Origin: Mobula hypostoma
Lineage: Eukaryota
Direction: 5' to 3'
Assembly: GCF_963921235.1 (NCBI RefSeq)
Contig: NC_086097.1
Coordinates: forward strand, 248,188,001 to 248,252,000
DNA: 64,000 nt
Position numbers and translations under genes: made by a program. This document shows positions 12,352-25,590 of this stretch, piece by piece. The notes below the pieces were generated by a model. It saw only the letters and a list, made by a program, of their open reading frames with translations, was not told the origin of the DNA and searched no databases. Position 1 is the first letter of the stretch. Every line of letters starts with the position of its first letter.

Positions 12352-13320
12352 CCTTTCCAATCTTTTCCTTTGCCAATATTGGGTATTTTGCACATGCTTT
12401 GAAATGGCAATATCTTTATTCTAGTGCCAGCTTTGAATGATAATATTCAACCCTTTCCTCACTCTCTGTGTGTTTTGGATCTCATACTGGGCCGCCAGAG
12501 CTGAGGAAACAGCCTCAATGCTGTTATTTGCCATATTTCACACCTTGTTGATTTGCCTGGATTCTGCATCTCCTCATCAAAACTGCTTGACAAAGATTTT
12601 CAACCAGCAATACTTCAAACAAAACTGCCTTTATTCCAAATGGATGGTGCATCTTCCTCATTTTGAATAATTGGCTAGTTTATTAATTGCTCAGGAAGTG
12701 TGTGAACAAATCATAATTTGTCTTTGTCAGTGTAAACTTCCACTGATTGAGCAGGGATTTAGTTTCCAGTGAATCATCATGTAGACAATTGTTGGAATGG
12801 ACTTCTTTTCAACACAAAGTAGTTCAGTACGAGATGCTTTCATGGGCTTGACATATTAATGCAATCGTGATGAAGGCAGGACAGCAGCATTATTTCATTC
12901 AGAGCTTAAGGAGAGTTAGGATGTCACTAGCAAATTTCAACAGATGTATCATTCTGATTGGTTACATCACCGTCTGGTATAGAGGGGCCACCACACAGGA
13001 CTGGAAAAGCTGCAGAAAGTCGTAAACTCAGTCAGCTCCATCAAAGACACAACCCTCATCAAGGACATCTTGAAAAGGTGATCCCTCACGAAGGTGGCAT
13101 CCATCATGAACAACCCTCATCACCCAGAACATGGCCTCTTCTCATTGCTCATATCAACGAGGAGGTACAGGAGCTCTGTCGGAATTCTGAATCGTCCATG
13201 AACCCTACCTCACTATGTCCTTACCATGAATATACTATCTCCTGTTTACAGTATATTACTTGTCTGTGCTAACATGGCGAAGCTGCTACTGTCTGTGACT
13301 TGTATGGGAGGTTCACGCAT

Positions 13321-13485
13321 AACAACACGCACAGAATGTTGGAGGATCTGAGAAGGTCAGGCAGCATCAATGGAAAGAATGAATAGTTGACGTTAGAAGA
13401 CCCTTCTTCAGGACTGAAAAGGATGGGGGAAGATGCCAGAATACCAAAGTAGGGGAAGGGAAAGAAGGACAACTAGAGGGTGATG
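13321..13485 (-). mobile_element. Penelope pLTR fragment with a degenerate hammerhead
   Basis: Antisense cagtcCTGAAGAagggtc...cgtcaact at 13385-13416 plus the shared terminal motif. Confidence 0.6.
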
Positions 13486-13589
13486 GGATTATCATGAGGT
13501 CATAGTGCTCCCTTAATCTTGTCATTAAGATTACTGTTAGGTATGAGAATTGAGCTTGTTTGAAACTTTGTAACTTGCCTTTTTTTAAG

Positions 13590-14275
13590 ATTAGATTATA
13601 AGGACACTCAGTCCTTGTTTATTGTCATTTAGAAATGCATGCGTTAAGAAATGATACAATGTTCCTCTAGTATGATATCACAGAAACACAGGACAGACCA
13701 AGACTAAAACTGACAAAAACCACATAATTATAACATATAGTTACAACAGTGCAAAGCAATACCGTAATTTGATAAGAGCAGACCATGGGCACGGTAAAAA
13801 AAAAGTCTCAAAGTCCCGATAGCCCCAACATCTCACGCAGACGGTAGAAGGGAGAAACTCTCCCTGTCATGAACCTCCAGCTCCGCAAACTTGCCGATGC
13901 AGCATCCTGGAAGCACCCGAGCACAGTCCGACTCTGAGTCCGTCCGAAAACTTTGAGCCTCCGACCAGCCCTCCGACACCGAGCACCATCTCTGCCAAGC
14001 GCTTCGACCCTGCCCCGGCCGCCAAGCAACAGGCAAAGCCAAGGATTCGGGCCCTTCCCCTCCAGAGTTTCGGATCACACAGTAGCAGTGGCAGTGAAAC
14101 AAGTATTTCAGAAGTTTCACCAGATGTTCCTCCGTGCTCTCACATCTGCCTCCGTCAAATCAGAATTGTGCACGGCCTCCTACTTGACAAATAACAGATA
14201 TTCATCACTGGAGTGGCCGCGCGCGCTGCGTCGCGCCACCATCTTCTCCTCTCCTCTCCATTGTTTCCATTTCTG
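13590..14275 (-). mobile_element. Non-autonomous LINE-derived element (copy 1 of 2)
   Basis: Highly similar to 29680-30305. The minus strand starts GGAGAAGATGGTGGCG and ends with AATAAA and an (AATCT)n-like tail; no coding capacity. Confidence 0.7.
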
Positions 14276-15651
14276 CCTTTCTCATGATGGCGTTGCTCTG
14301 TTTGACACTGAGCGGTGTGTAAATGTTCCCAACGTGTAAATGCTGTTGATGAAATCTTCAATGATTTTTAGTAATGGGCAGCAGCTGAAACCAGTGTCAG
14401 AACACAACAGTCTGCCTTCCAAATCCCAAAACTCACCCTTCGTTTTGAAACGCACACAAAATGTTAAAGGAACTCACAGCTTCAATGGAGGGGAATGAAC
14501 AATCGATGTTTTGGGCCAAAATGTCCACTGCTCACTCTCCTCCATAGATGATAGAGCATAGAGGGGGTCAGAGACAGACGTATTGAAATGGGATTGGGAA
14601 GTCAAATTGAAACTGCTAGCCACCAGGAAATCCCACGTTTTGTGGCTACAGTTTCTTACTGTTCTTTGAATATTTTGTCTTTTGCTCTCTGAGTGTTGTC
14701 ATTGTTAGAATGAGGTATCACCTCTGTCGTTATGACAATGCAAGAATCAATTTGTTTCTGAAGTTCCGCAGAGCACGGCCAGGTGCCAGCCGTACTTGGT
14801 GGAGATTCTGTACCTCATTCATTTACCTCGTTATTTGAGGCTTTCAGCCCAGGTTACAGAATTAGTTTGGATTAGGCAGACACTGCAGTCTGCTTCCTGG
14901 CACATCTGCACTTTTCTAAAGTCTTCTTCTTGTGCATCTAAAGAGAAATTAGGCACAGAATCTTATAAAATGTTGCAAATTTATGTCCTGTATTCGAGCT
15001 CAGCAGCAGGTCGCATTCAAAATTTATTTTCCATTGATGCTGCCTGACCTGCTGAGTTCTTCCAGCATTTTGTGTGCGCTGTTCAGGAAAGCATCCAAGC
15101 CTCCAACATGTGTTCTGCCGAGGGAAGGGGTAACCTACTAATCTAGTCTAACCAGGGTAGAACATAGAAAACAGTACAGGCCTGTCGGCCCAAATATTTC
15201 GTCAACCTTTTAACCTACTCTAAGATCAATCTAACCCTTCCCTTCCATATAGCCCTCTATTTTTCTATCATCCATATGCCTATCTAGGAGTTCCTTAAAT
15301 GCCCCCAGTGTAACTGCCCCTACCTCCACCCTGGCAGGGCCTTCCATGCACCCATCACTCTCTGTTAAGAAACCTATCTCTATATTTCCCCCTCCCCACC
15401 CCATATTTTCCTCCAATCATCATAAAATTATGCCTGGCTTACTGAGCTCTTAGACCACAAGACAAAGGAGCAGAAGTTGGCCATTCGGCCCATCGAGTCT
15501 GCTCCGCCATTTTATCATGAGCTGATCCATTCTCCCATTTAGTCCCACTCCTCCGCCTTCTCACCATAACCTTTGATGCCCTGGCTACTCAGATACCTAT
15601 CAATCTCTGCCTTAAATACACCCAATGACTTGGCCTCCTCTTCTGGCATAT

Positions 15652-15925
15652 TTTATTTATTTATTGAGTTACAAAGCGAACAGGCCCTTAGTGCCACACC
15701 AGCCAGCAACCCCCAGTTTAATCCTAGTCTAATCACAGGACAGTTTACAATGACCAGTTAACCAACCAACCGGTACACTGGCCTGTGGGAAGAAACCAGA
15801 GCACCTGGAGGAAACCCACACCCCACCCATGGGGAGAATGTACAAACTCCTCTCAGGCAGTGACGGGAATTGAACCCGGGTCACTGGTAATGAAAATTGT
15901 GCTAACCACTGTGCTCCTGTGCCCT
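15652..15925 (-). mobile_element. V-SINE (HE1-like)
   Basis: Antisense V-domain, B-box gggaattgaacccggg, (TTTA)n tail. Confidence 0.75.
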
Positions 15926-16446
15926 GTTATGTTGCTCTAGGTTTCCAGAATCTCTTGTGGCCGTGAAGGTGGAAATGGGTTTTGTCGTTACAGAATGAGT
16001 AAAAACTAAGGGAATAGAATGGAGAGCGGTGGCCGGGGACCTGCTACGTTCAATCCCCGGGCCTGTTGTGTGCAGAAACAGCTTGTAATGATTCCATGCA
16101 GTGTTCAGCCAGAAAAGATCAGAACAGAGCTGCCACAGAGCAGCTGTTCTAAGCCGGGGCTAATAGATACGTCATTGGTTTCAAATAGCTGTTTAAATTA
16201 TTGGACCCCGGAGAGCTATTACAGGAAGTTGCTGGTCTTAGACAGCAAATTAAATGCAAGTTTACCCTGTTTTCACAAGGGCTACAGCGGTACTGGTTTC
16301 TAGTTGCCGGACTGGATTCAGCTGCAACAGTTCTGATTTGGTTTATGCCTGGAGTGTAGGAGAATTTGACAGAGGCTTACAAAATTGAGGAGGGTGATAG
16401 AGTGTTCAAAGCATGTAACTATGTACAAAATTATTAAGCATATACA

Positions 16447-16908
16447 TATAGTTAGGGTGCCTCAACTTTTGCACAGTGCTGTAGTCATTTTATGTATTGC
16501 ACTGTACTGCTGCCACAAAAAGGAACAAATTTCATGACGTGAGTGCTGATAAACCTGATTCTGATATGGGTCTCTATTGTGGACTGACAGTGGGAAGGGG
16601 ACAGGGAGAGGGGAATCAGGGCTGGGAAAAGGGGAAGGGAGAGGGGAAGGAGTGGGAAGCACCAGAGGGACAGTCTTTAGTGATCAATAAATCAGTTGTT
16701 TGGTGTCTCAGGGCTGGGTGTGCCTACAGCCGCACCATCCTCCACTCCAGCACTCTTTCTCTGCCACCTGTCCCACGGCCCTCCCACAGCACTCCGCCAT
16801 TGCTGTTCCCAACATCCTTTGCTCCCAATAGATTTACAAACTCTCTCTCTCTCTGCTCCACGTTGTCAAACACAGTACTGTGCAAAAGTCTTAAGCACTC
16901 TAGCTATA
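16447..16908. mobile_element. MITE-like composite with ~36-bp inverted ends containing a Tc1-type CAGTACTGTGCAAAAG motif (copy 1)
   Basis: Left end tatagttagggtgcctcaacttttgcacagtgctgt; right end acagtactgtgcaaaagtcttaagcactctagctata. An inverted sister copy is at 61777-62248. Confidence 0.65.
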
Positions 16909-17676
16909 TACATGTGCCTAATTCTGTTGCACAGTACCGTAAGATTCATTTTCTTGCAGGTATTTACAGGATAATAAAGAAATGTTACAGGATTTCCTTT
17001 GACAATCAGATTTCTAAATGGACAATGAATCACCAATGAATCATCACTGTCTTTGCTCTTTTTGAATTACTAATTTATTTTAAATTAGTAATATTATTGT
17101 AATTTAGTGTTTTTATGTATTGCACTCTACTGCTGCCACAAAACAACAAATTTCACGACCTACATCATTGATATTAAGTGTGATTCTTATTCTCAGAATT
17201 TATGAAAAAATATAGATAAGAAAGACTGACAAGCTAATAATAAGCAAACAAAGACAAGTCGTGTAAATAATACTGAGAACATGAGCTGTTGAGCCCTTGA
17301 GAGTGAATCTATAGGTTGTGGAATCAGTTCGGAGTTGAGGTGAGTGAAGGAGTTGAGGTACCTGATGTTTGAAGAGTAATAACTGTTCCTGGATCTGGTG
17401 CTGTGGGTTCTGAGGCTCCTGTAACTCCTCCTCGATGGCAGCTGCAAAAAGGGAGCATGGCCTGGATGGCGGGGGTCCTTGATGATGGATGCTACTTCCT
17501 GTAGATGTGCTCGATGGTGGGGACGGACTTTGCCTGTGATGGATTTGCCTGCGTCCACCACTTTCTATACATCCAAATACATACAGTAGATCATTAACAT
17601 GTGACGGCTGTATATAATGGTCAGAAAGGAACTGGGATGCAAGTATTTGTATCTAAGGAAATGAACAGAAAGTTTA

Positions 17677-17790
17677 TGCAAACACGAGGAAATCTGCAGA
17701 TGCTGGAATTTCAATCAACACACGTAAAAGTTGCTGGTGAACGCAGCAGGCCAGGCAGGCAGATGCTGCTGTGTTCACCAGCAACTTTTA
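17677..17790. mobile_element. Penelope-derived fold-back element, centre collapsed, 10-bp TSD
   Basis: Arms taaaagttgctggtgaacgcagcag and ctgctgtgttcaccagcaactttta; TSD AGAAAGTTTA at 17667-17676 and 17791-17800. Confidence 0.7.
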
Positions 17791-17919
17791 AGAAAGTTTA
17801 CACAGCAGGTTCATAAAGGCTTGGTTGGGTCAAACTGGAGTACCGTGAGCAGTTCTGAACACTAAACATTCTGGCCTTAAACTAATAAACTAATCTAATG
17901 TTAGAGGCGTAAATTCATC

Positions 17920-18345
17920 AGAATGCCACAGGCTGCGTCACCACCTTGTATGGAGTCTTCCATACACGGGATTGCACGGGCTGCAGGAAGTTGTTGACCC
18001 AGACAGCTCCATCACGGTGACAGTGCTCCCCACCATCGAGGCCATCTTCAAAAGGCAGTGCCTCAAGACGACAGCATCCATTACTGAGGACTCTCACCAT
18101 CCTCGACATCTCTCCTCATTACTACCATCAGCGAGGAGCTACAGGGGCCTGAGGATCCATGCCCAATGCGTCAAGAGCAGCTTCATTCCCTCTGCATCAG
18201 ATTTCTGAATGGTCCATGAACACTACCTCAATATTTGACTTTTGCACGATTTTTGTTCTGAACTTGTAATTTTTTTATTTCTTGAACTGTACTGGTGACA
18301 CATAAAAAAACAAATTTCACAACATAGATCAGTGATAATAATCTG
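17920..18345 (+). mobile_element. Rex1/Babar 3' fragment
   Basis: ORF 17972-18208 resembles the Rex1 C-terminal (DUF1891-like) region. Confidence 0.7.
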
Positions 18346-19615
18346 ATGGTTAGAACCCAAGAGCTAAAATGTAAAACAAAATTATTGAAACATTGATTTT
18401 AGGGTGAAGGTTTTCTAAATTTTGTAGGGCAGGTGGAGAGAAGCTTTTAGTCATTTGGGGCTAACAAAGATGCATTAGTGATGTTACCTCCCTAGTAATG
18501 CAGAGGCCTGCTCTAACCAATCCAGAGACCTCAGTTCAAATCCCACCAGGGATTAATAATCTGGAATTTGGAAAATGGCAATTTGTCTCAGGAATGTATT
18601 TTCATAAAAACTCACTGGGCTCACATCAACAACTTTAAAAAGTTATCTGGGTAAGTACATGGAACAACACACAAAATGGTGGGGGAAACTCAGCAGGTCA
18701 GGCAACATCAATGGAAATGAACAGTCGATGTTTTGGGCCGGGGGGGGGGCGCGGGTGGAGGACGAAGTACAAGCTGGCAGGTGATAGGTGGAAGAGGTAA
18801 AGAGCCAAAGAAGAAAGATCTGATAGGAGAGGGGAGTAGATCATAGAGGATTCAACAGGCAGGATTGCAAGGGGCTGCAGAGGATTGTAAACTCAGCCAT
18901 CTCCATAACAGTCACAACCCTCCCCACCACTGAGGACATCTTCCCTTGATAAAGGGAAGCAGGTGGGACACTAGGGAAGTGAAGGACAGTTGAGAAGAGA
19001 AATAGAATGGGAAATGGAAAAAAGAGAGGAGGGTGGAGAAATTCCTGCAAGTTTGGAGAAATCAGTGAAAGTGTCATCAAGGAAGAGGCTACCTCGATGG
19101 AATATGAACTGTTGCCCTTCCAGCCTGAGTTTGCCCTCAGGTAGGTCAGCCATTGGCTGTGGATTTGATCAAAGTACATGGAGGGTTAAAGGGTTATGGG
19201 CCAAATGCGGGGAGTTGGGACAAGTTTTCTGCATGCCACAGTCAGCAGGGATAAGTTGAGCCAAAGGGCCTGTTTCTGTGAGGTCTGACTCTGTAACTCT
19301 GGAGGAAATCTGCAAATGTTCACTAATCTGGCCTCTGTGTGCCTCCACACCCACTTAATGTGGTTGGCTTTGCCATCACTGCAATGCTCAGACAGTGAAA
19401 GGTCAGACCTAATTTTGACCAAGGCACCAAATAAGACGCAGCAAAGACAACCTGGAGAAGACATTAACATGAAGATATTAACAACTAAGAGCGTCTGGCC
19501 TGGGACTAACACGTAAACACCATCACAAACAAAATGAATCTCAAGGTAGTATATGATACCCCCCAACATCCAGATCATGCTCTCTTCTCGCTGCTGCCAT
19601 CAGGAAGAGGGTACA

Positions 19616-19967
19616 TCATTATCATCATTATGTGCTGTGTCATATGACCTGGTTAATGATGGCAGTGATTGTTCTTGGCAAACCTTTCTGCAGAAGTGGT
19701 TTGCCACTGCCTTCTTCTGGGCAGTGTCTTTACAAGACAGGTGACCCCAGCCATTCTCAGTACTCTTCAGAGGTTGTCTGCCTGGTGTCAGTGGTCACTT
19801 AACCAGGACTTGTGATGTGCACCAGCTGCTCATACGACCATCCACCACCTGCTCCTATGGCTTCATGTGACCCTGATCTGGTGGGGGGGTGGGGAGGCTA
19901 AGAAATGCTACACCTTGACCAAGGGTGACCTGCAGACTAGCAGAGGGAAGGAGCGACTTACACTTCC
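19616..19967 (-). mobile_element. RTE-associated non-autonomous element (SINE-like), interrupted by CR1
   Basis: Sister of 31735-32105 and 53160-53540; (ATG)n tail. The remainder of the element resumes at 22303-22320, after the CR1. Confidence 0.7.
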
Positions 19968-19973
19968 TTTCCT

Positions 19974-22296
19974 GTTAGGAAACGAGTTAGGACAAGTGAC
20001 AGAAGTCTGTGTAGGGGAGCACTTTGGTTCCAGTGATCATAACAACATTAGTTTCAACTCGATCATGGACAAGGATAGATCTGGTCCTGGGGTTGAGGTT
20101 CTTAACTGGAAGAAGGCCAAATTTGAAGAAATGAGAAAGGATCTAAAAAGTATGGATTGGGACAGGTTGTTCTCTGGCATGGATGTAATCGGTAGGTGGG
20201 AAGCCTTCAAAGCAGAAATTGTGAGAGTGCAGAATTTGTATGTTCCTGTCAGGATTAAAGGCAAGGTGAATAGGAATAAGGAACCTTGGTTCTCAAGAGA
20301 TATTGCAACTCTGATAAAGAAGAAGAGGGAGTTGTATGACGTGTATAGCAAGCAGGGAGTAAATAAGGTTCTTGAGGAGTATAAGAAGTGCAAGAAAATA
20401 CTTAAGAAAGAAATCAGGATGGCTAAAAGAAGACATGAGGTTGCCTTGGCAGTCAAAGTGAAGGATAATCCAAAGAGCTTCTACAGGTATATTAAGAGCA
20501 AAAGGATTGTAAGGGATAAAATTGGTCCTCTTGAAGATCAGAGTGGTCGGCTATGTGCGGAACCAAAGGAAATGGGGGAGATCTTAAATAGGTTTTTTGC
20601 GTCTGTGTTTACTAAGGAAACTGGCATGAAGTCTATGGAATTGAGGGAATCAAGTAGTGAGATCATGGAAACTGTACAAATCGAAAAGGAGGAGGTCCTT
20701 GCTGTCTTGAGGAAAATTAAAGTGGATAAATCCCCGGGACCTGACAGGGTGTTCCCTCGGACCTTGAAGGAGACTAGTGTTGAAATTGCGGGGGCCCTGG
20801 CAGAAATATTTAAAATGTTGCTGTCTACAGGTGAGGTGCCGGAGGATTGGAGAGTTGCTCATGTTGTTCCGTTGTTTAAAAAAGGATCGAAAAGTAATCC
20901 AGGAAATTATAGGCCAGTAAGTTTAACTTCGGTAGTAGGTAAGTTATTGGAGGGAGTACTAAGAGACAGAATCTACAAGCATTTGGATAGACTGGGACTT
21001 ATTAGGGAGAGTCAACATGGCTTTGTGCGTGGTAGGTCATGTTTGACCAATCTATTGGAGTTTTTCGAGGAGGTTACCAGGAAAGTGGATGAAGGGAAGG
21101 CAGTGGATATTGTCTACATAGACTTCAGTAAGGCCTTTGACAAGGTCCCGCACGGGAGGTTAGTTAGGAAAATTCAGTCGCTAGGTATACAAGGAGAGGT
21201 GGTAAATTGGATTAGACATTGGCTCGATGGAAGAAGCCAGAGAGTGGTGGTAGAGAATTGCTTCTCTGAGTGGAGGCCTGTGACTAGTGGTGTGCCACAG
21301 GGATCAGTGCTGGGTCCATTGTTATTTGTCATCTATATCAATGATCTGGATGATAATGTGGTAAATTGGATCAGCAAGTTTGCTGATGATACAAAGATTG
21401 GAGGTGTAGTAGACAGTGAGGAAGATTTTCAGAGCCTGCAGAGGGACTTGGACCAGCTGGAAAAATGGGCTAAAAAATGGCAGATGGAGTTTAATACTGA
21501 CAAGTGTGAGGTATTGCACGTTGGAAGGACAAACCAACGTAGAACATACAGGGTTAATGGTAGGGCACTGAGGAGTGCAGTGGAACAGAGGGATCTGGGA
21601 ATACAGATACAAAATTCCCTAAAAGTGCCGTCACAGGTAGATAGGGTCGTAAAGAGAGCTTTTGATACATTGGCCTTTATTAATCAAAGTATTGAGTATA
21701 AGAGCTGGAATGTTATGATGAGGTTTCATAAGGCATTGGTGAGGCCGAATCTGGAATATTGTGTTCAGTTTTGGTCACCAAATTACAGGAAGGATATAAA
21801 TAAGGTTGAAAGAGTGCAGAGAAGGTTTACAAGGATGTTGCCGGGACTTGAGAAACTCAGTTACAGAGAAAGGTTGAATAGGTTAGGACTTTATTCCCTA
21901 GAGCGTAGAAGAATGAGGGGAGATTTGATAGAGGTATATAAAATTATGATGGGTATAGATAGAGTGAATGCAAGCAGGCTTTTTCCACTGAGGCAAGGGG
22001 AGAAAAAAACCAGAGGACATGGGTTAAGGGTGAAGGGGGAAAAGTTTAAAGGGAACATTAGGGGAGGCTTCTTCACACAGAGAGTGGTGGGAGTATGGAA
22101 TGAGCTGCCAGACGAGGTGGTAAATGCGGGTTCTTTTTTAACATTTAAGAATAAGTTGGACAGATACATGGATGAGAGGTGTATGGAGGGATATGGTCTG
22201 TGTGCAGGTCAGTGGGACTAGGCAGAAAATGGTTCGGCACAGCCAAGAAGGGCCAAAAGGCCTGTTTCTGTGCTGTAGTTTCTATGGTTTCTATGG
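19974..22296 (+). mobile_element. CR1 LINE (second subfamily), 5'-truncated, uninterrupted ORF2 remainder
   Basis: ORF open to the stop at 22221, with SDH, RT motifs (FADD) and the C-terminus intact. (TTTCTATGG)n tail; candidate TSD TTTCCT at 19968-19973 and 22297-22302. Confidence 0.95.
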
Positions 22297-23661
22297 TTTC
22301 CTAGCGATGAATCTCCACTCCTCTCCCCCCCCCCCAATCAGAAGGTATAGGATCCTCAGGATCCACAGCACCAGGTTCAAGAACAGATATTAACCTTCAT
22401 CCATCAGGATCTTGAACCAAAGGGGATAACTTCACTCAACTTCACTCGCCTCGTCACTGAACTGTTCCTATAATCTGTGGACTGGCTTCCACGGACTCTT
22501 CACCTCATGTTCGCAATATATTTGGGCTCTCTTTTCTTTCGCCTTGTATTAGCCCGGTTTATTATCTTTTACACATTGGTTGTTTGTCCATCCTCTTGGG
22601 TGCCATCTTTCGTTGATTCTATTGTGTTTCTTGTATTTACTATGAATGCCTGCAAGGAAAAAAATCTGTGTTGTATATGGTGACATATGTACTTTGTACT
22701 TTGAACTTTGATATAAAGGTAGTTGTCCATCAAATCTAACAACGACAGGAGATCCATGTGGGAGAGTTTTTAAAGAGTGGAAAAGACACTGCCCTGGGGC
22801 AGTTCCACTTTCTCGACCTCAGAAGTCCGGGTCCAGTCCTATGAGTAGTTGTCACAAACAAAATTAACCTCAAACTGGTAAATGGAGACATAGACATACT
22901 TTGAAAACAAACTTGCTTTGAGTTTGATTAGCTACCTGCCCATTATTTCAACACTATCTGGGTCAGCAATTCGTCTCCAGTTCTGTGAATTGCAGCTATT
23001 GTTAACAGCTTCTTGGGGGAAAATACAGAAGACCTACTGTGTGTCCAAATTGATAACGTTCATTTATATTCTCCCATCTCACACTCTAGTAATCTCTGCT
23101 ATGTCAAGCATGATCTAGAGTTACAAATCATTTCTGGGTTTCTGTAACCTTCTAAAATTATCAAGTTCTTATTCACTCACCACTTAATTACAGGTCTAAT
23201 GACTTCCTGATGACAGGTACTAGGCTAAACTGTGCTTTGATTTGCTTAAACTAAATAAATTCTGCAGATGCTGGATTCCCAGAGTAACACACACAGTAAA
23301 GGCTGGAGGAACTCTACAGATCAGACAGTATCTATGGAGATGAATACACACTTGATGTTTCAGGCCGGTCCCTTCATTAGGACATCAGAACAAGAACAAT
23401 TCCCTTATTTTCCCTCTCACCTTTCCTCACCATTATTCTTTTTCATAGATACTGCCTTTCTATTTGAACAGTTTGTTGTTTTCATCACTCTGGCTGAATG
23501 CCCTAGTTGGCTGGTCTTTCACTGATTCTGTTATAGTTATTATTCTATAGATTTATTAAGTATGCCCACAAGAAAATGAATCTCTGTTGTACATGGTGAC
23601 ATATATGTACTTTAATAATAAAAAATTTACTTTGCACTTAAACTTTGAACATTACTAATTT

Positions 23662-24137
23662 CAGATTGATTCCTGGGATGGCAGGACTTTCATATGATGA
23701 AAGACTGGATGGACTAGGCTTATGCTCGTTGGAATTTAGAAGATTGAGGGGCGATCTTATTGAAACGTATAAAATCCTGAAGGGATTGGACAGGCTAGAT
23801 ACAGGAAGATTGTTCCCGATATTGGGGAAGTCCAGAACGAGGGGTCACAGTTTGAGGATAAAGGGGAAGCCTTTTAGGACCGAGATGAGGAAAAACTTCT
23901 TCACACAGAGAGTGGTGAATCTGTGGAATTCTCTGCCACAGGAAACAGTTGAGGCCAGTTCATTGTCTATATTCAAGAGGGAATTAGATATGGCCCTTGT
24001 GGCTAAAGGGATTGGGGGTATGGAGAGAAAGCAGGTACAGGGTTCTGAGTTGGATGATCAGCCATGATCATACTGAATGGCGGTGCAGGCTCGAAGGGCC
24101 GAATGGCCTACTCCTGCACCTATTTTCTATGTTTCTA
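23662..24137 (+). mobile_element. CR1 3' fragment, same subfamily as 620-3715
   Basis: ORF 23645-24067 is nearly identical to the C-terminus of the first CR1; same tail. Confidence 0.9.
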
Positions 24138-24514
24138 ATAGATGCTGCCTGACCTGCTGAGTTCCTCCAGCATTTTGCTTACCATTAATTTTCCAGTCTA
24201 GAGAAACACTTCACATCTTAAATGTTTGAAAGATTAGAGTTAGAACATTTGAAACATTCTCACTTCCTTTAATATCCTGCACTGGAAACAATCTGTTCCT
24301 GGTGACTTGAACCTCCTCAGTGTGATTTTTTTTCAGTGATTTTCATTTGCTTATGCTAATTTTGGTGAGTTACCATCTGTAGTGTCCACAGTTTTTAAAT
24401 GCTGTTTACTGTCCAATCCATGTAAGATAACTTACAATGACTGATTTACCAGCAAAGTATTCTTTATCAGAGTTGCTTAACAGTCAAATCACAGAAATGG
24501 CTAGGCCAACAATA

Positions 24515-25590
24515 CACACAGAGGCCATTTATCAGGTAGACCTGCTCATTAATGCAAATATAAGACTATAAGATGTAGGAGCAGGATTAGGCCATTTGGC
24601 TCATCAAATCTGCTCTGACATTTCATCATGGCTGATCCAATTTTCCTCTCAGTCCAATCTCCTGCCTTCTTCCCATATCCTTTCAAGCCCTGACCAATCA
24701 CGAATCTATCAACCTCTGCCTTAAATATACATAAAGACTTGGCCTCCACAGCTGCCTGTGGCAAAGAATTCCACAGATTCACCACTCTCTGACTAAAGAT
24801 ATTCCCCCTCATCTCCATTCTAAAAGGACGCCCATCTATTACAACATATACAGTATGTACATTACAGCATATTTTATCATGTGCCTCCAAGTAGCCCAAA
24901 ACCACATCCTTAATAATCGAGTCCAACATCTCCCCAGTCTCTGAGGTCAGACTAACTGGCCTATAGTTTCCTTTCTTCTGTCTCTCTCCCTTCTTGATGA
25001 GTGGAATGACATTTGCAATTTTCCAGTCTTCCGGAACCATTGCAGAATTCGTGATTCCTGAAAGATCATTACTAATGCCGCCACAATCTCTTCAACCACT
25101 TTTTTCAGAACCCTAGAGTATAAAATATGTGTTCCAGGTGACTATCTACCTTCATACCTTTCAGTTTCTCAAGAATCAACACTCTAGTTAAGGTAACTTC
25201 ACACACTTCATGACCTCTGACACCTAGAACTTCTGCCATATTGCTCGTGTCTTCCATAGTGAAGATTAATGCAAAATACTTAATTGTTTCATTCACCATT
25301 TGCTTGTCCCCTATTACTACCCCTCCAGTATTATTTTCCAGTGGCCCAATATCCACTGTTGCCTTTCTTTTACACCTTATGTATCTGAAGAAACTTTTGG
25401 TATCCTCTAAAATATCTAATCAGCCAGTCACTGAGCAGCAACCCAATGCATAAAAGCATGCAGACATGGTCAAGAGGTTCAGTTGTTGTTCAGACCAAGC
25501 ATCAGAATGAGGAATAATTATGATCTAGGTGACTTTGTGACCGTGGATTGATTTTTTGTGCCAGACAGGGTGGTTTAAGTGTCTAAGAAA
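24515..25590 (+). mobile_element. Tc1-like element interrupted by a CR1 insertion
   Basis: The TIR at 24515 reads through to ...gcaaatat and resumes at aaatatctaatcagcc (~25410), consistent with an AAATAT duplication. Confidence 0.65.
24563..25409 (-). mobile_element. CR1 fragment with internal deletion
   Basis: ORFs 24549-25040 and 25105-25356 are CR1 ORF2 pieces; the RT core between them is missing. Confidence 0.85.
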
